In this document: piece after piece, positions 32,540 to 34,639 of the stretch
How the letters are laid out: every line of letters begins with the position of its first letter
Numbering within the stretch: the stretch's first letter is position 1
NCBI GenBank assembly: GCA_000934665.2
Contig: JYFJ02004115.1
Coordinates: 1 to 34,639 of the forward strand
From: Catajapyx aquilonaris
Lineage: Eukaryota
Reading direction: 5' to 3'
DNA: 34,639 nucleotides
Made by a program: the position numbers and the translations under genes
The notes under the pieces: model-generated
Databases searched by the model: none
What the model was told of the DNA's origin: nothing
The model's input: only the letters and a program-made list of their open reading frames with translations

Positions 32540-32710
32540 TATGAGTGCTTGGTCGATTTGATATCAGATTTTATGTTAAAAGGTAATTTTCCAACTAACA
32601 ACTCACTATTAGAATTTTAGTGTCAGCTGAGAGAGGAATTTAAAGTTTTATATAAAGGAAAATCAACAATTAGCCTTCTGCCCTTTGCAACAACTGAATC
32701 AGGATTCTCT
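32540..32710 (+). pseudogene. Decayed hAT (Buster/Charlie-type) transposase C-terminal dimerisation domain
   Basis: Translates YECLVDLISDFMLKGNF...SLLEF*CQLREEF..L......SLLPFATT-ESGFS, against the family motif LLPF.TTYLCE.GFS. Contains an in-frame stop and a deletion. Confidence 0.8.
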
Positions 32711-32841
32711 GAAGCATATGAAAAATGGTTGTTAATGATATCTATATCATTTACAACCATTTTTCATTTGCCTAGGGCGGCAAATTTAGGCATACAAAAA
32801 AGTAAACAAATATTAATAATAAATAATAATGTGACTGGAAG

Positions 32842-33045
32842 CAGCGCCGGATTTACCATTAGGCAGAGTAGGCAATTACCTAGGGGTGGTCGCGAGTTGC
32901 AATAAATATTTTTCAAATAGGCTGCTACAATATTAGGAAATAAAGGAGAAATCATTTAAAAATTCGAAATTTTCGGCGGGGATTCCCAGCACCGGATTTG
33001 CCACTAGGCAGAAAAGCCTATGGGTGCAGCACTCAGGGGGCGGCT
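32842..33045 (+). mobile_element. Two tandem hAT-like left-end fragments
   Basis: CAGCGCCGGATTTACCATTAGGCAGA and CAGCACCGGATTTGCCACTAGGCAGA direct copies about 145 bp apart. Confidence 0.5.
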
Positions 33046-33369
33046 GTAAGTTGAAATTTAAAATTTAAAATAAAATAAAATAAAACGAAGGAGATAACTC
33101 CAGAGAAAAATTGAATTTTTAAGTGGGATGGAGCCATGGAGGGAGGGGCAGATCTTAACCAACTGCCTAGGGGGGCGGGGGGGGGGGAGGGCACTGATTT
33201 TTACCCCTCCCACTATGTCCCATAATATTTTAAGTGGTGACATCATTTTCTTCACTGTGGTAAGATAGGTACAAAGATGGTCCTGCTAAATTGAGCCACA
33301 ATGCATACACTGTCTGTAAAAAACCATTAACCTCCTGGTAGCTCTGTTCATGTTAGCCCAGAGTCTTAT

Positions 33370-33475
33370 CCCAAGTAGCACGAAGAGCCCTGGAATATCC
33401 CATGGATATCCACTGAATCGCCACTGGATATTTGGATATCCATGGGATATTCCAGGGTGATTCGTGCTACTTGGG
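33370..33475. mobile_element. Palindromic MITE, CMC-EnSpm-like
   Basis: CCCAAGTAGCACGAA / TTCGTGCTACTTGGG termini, AT on both sides, ~43-bp arms. Confidence 0.8.
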
Positions 33476-34013
33476 ATGATGGAGATATTAAATATTTCAT
33501 CAATTAATTATGATGTCAAGCATTCTTATTCAAGCTATCCCCTTCACTGTGCAATGATTTGGCATTTAAATAAGTAGAAACTTCAAACACTAATTACAAT
33601 GCAGCAAGAAACCAAAACACTTAACTTACCAACCGTCTACCATCAGTTTTTATTAATCCTGATCTTTCCACCTTTATCATCTTGTTCCTCTTTTCCCTGA
33701 CAATATTTGAATTGGCTAAGTACTAATTGGTGCAGTGTTGCAATAGGTTGTCTTCTGATCCTGATTAAGGTGTATACTTATTGTCAGAAATGTAAGGTAT
33801 ATCAAAGGGGAAGGAAAGTACCATTCTTTTTAACAATGGGTGTCATCATACAGGGTTGGGCAAAATGTATGGTGGGATTTGAATCATGTGGTACGGTGGT
33901 GCTGTTTGAGCATGCTAGGGATTTGGCCATGTGCTGGAGTGGGGAAGGTTTGCCATTTGCAAAAATGGTGTTGTGGTCAAAAGAGCATTTGTCTTGGAGA
34001 TTTATTTTAAAAA

Positions 34014-34603
34014 CTCGCTTTGCGACACACCCCCCGTGGGTCTCCACCCCACTTTCGCGCCTTCGGCACGAATTGTTCCGCTCCCGCGCAGGTCCTCCTC
34101 GGTCTCCGAGGCCCAGTGCATCCGGCCGCCGCACACTTACCCCACTCTCCGATGCGAACAGTCTTTTTACGCAAAAATCGGCCGGAGCGGGGTGGCATCC
34201 GTTTACAGAACCCGTGACGTCATCGCGAAAGGTGTGGAACCGTATGAGAATGCGCCCTAGCTGACGTATGGTGAGAAAAGGCACTGAGATGGGATTAGAG
34301 TAGATCCAGATTGTCAGCAGGTGGGAGAGGGAGCGCCGGAGATGGGCCATTGTTCTCCGGCGGCTTAATGACGAACAGATATGCAAGGTGGCACGTGCAA
34401 AAGTCGACTTTTTGCCAAGTCCAAAACGGCTGGGAATTTTGCGATTTTGAGGATTTTTGGCATCGCTAAACCGGTGGCAAGAAATCCAACGGAATTTCGA
34501 CCAGAGCTCTACGACCTCGGGAAGTGCGAAATCTTTTCCATCCTATATACTATACTATATCCTATATCCTACATCCTCGGATTGGGGCTTTATATCTATT
34601 AGA
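34014..34603 (-). mobile_element. Non-autonomous Helitron-like element, abutting a second related 3' end at 34604-34639
   Basis: Minus strand begins TCTAATAGATATAAAG, has a (TATAG)-type microsatellite near the 5' end, GC-rich hairpins near the 3' end, and ends CGCAAAGCGAG|T. The same CGCAAAGCGAG directly precedes the TC start. Confidence 0.6.
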
Positions 34604-34639
34604 CTCGCTTTGCGTGCCGGTGGGGCTCCGGACCCCCCC

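Noticed and set aside
33707..34386. 185-aa and 194-aa overlapping ORFs
   Set aside because: No recognisable domain; they span the boundary of a GC-rich Helitron-like repeat, and no vasohibin motifs were found in them.
1..34639. CRISPR array or prokaryotic operon
   Set aside because: No regularly spaced direct repeats; the spliceosomal introns and SINEs show this is eukaryotic DNA.

Overview
Eukaryotic genomic DNA, most likely from a pancrustacean arthropod, judged from the Dicer-1 sequence, the ~70-nt minimal introns and the repeat types. Four spliced protein-coding genes alternate in orientation. (1) The 5' end of Dicer-1 on the minus strand (helicase exons 6806-6459, 6386-6261, 1518-1343, 1268-1027; the gene continues off the window start). 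(2) A complete ALKBH6 on the plus strand (15422-15448 + 17547-18158), head-to-head with Dicer-1. (3) A complete four-exon ERG28-like gene on the minus strand (27692-18390), convergent with ALKBH6 and with apparently overlapping 3' UTRs. (4) The 5' part of a probable vasohibin-like gene on the plus strand (28350-28970, 30221-30315). The long introns are filled with nested non-autonomous DNA transposons (Tc1/mariner, Tigger/pogo, hAT, piggyBac, P-like, Transib-like, EnSpm-like, Helitron-like) and tRNA-derived SINEs. The most striking unexplained structures are a modular SINE system, in which four different heads (one carrying a V-SINE domain) swap 3' tails whose stem-loops co-vary between copies, and a perfect 33-bp-arm palindrome in the presumed Dicer-1 leader intron. 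There are no CRISPR arrays, rRNA genes or genuine tRNA genes. All calls come from manual reading, with no database searches.
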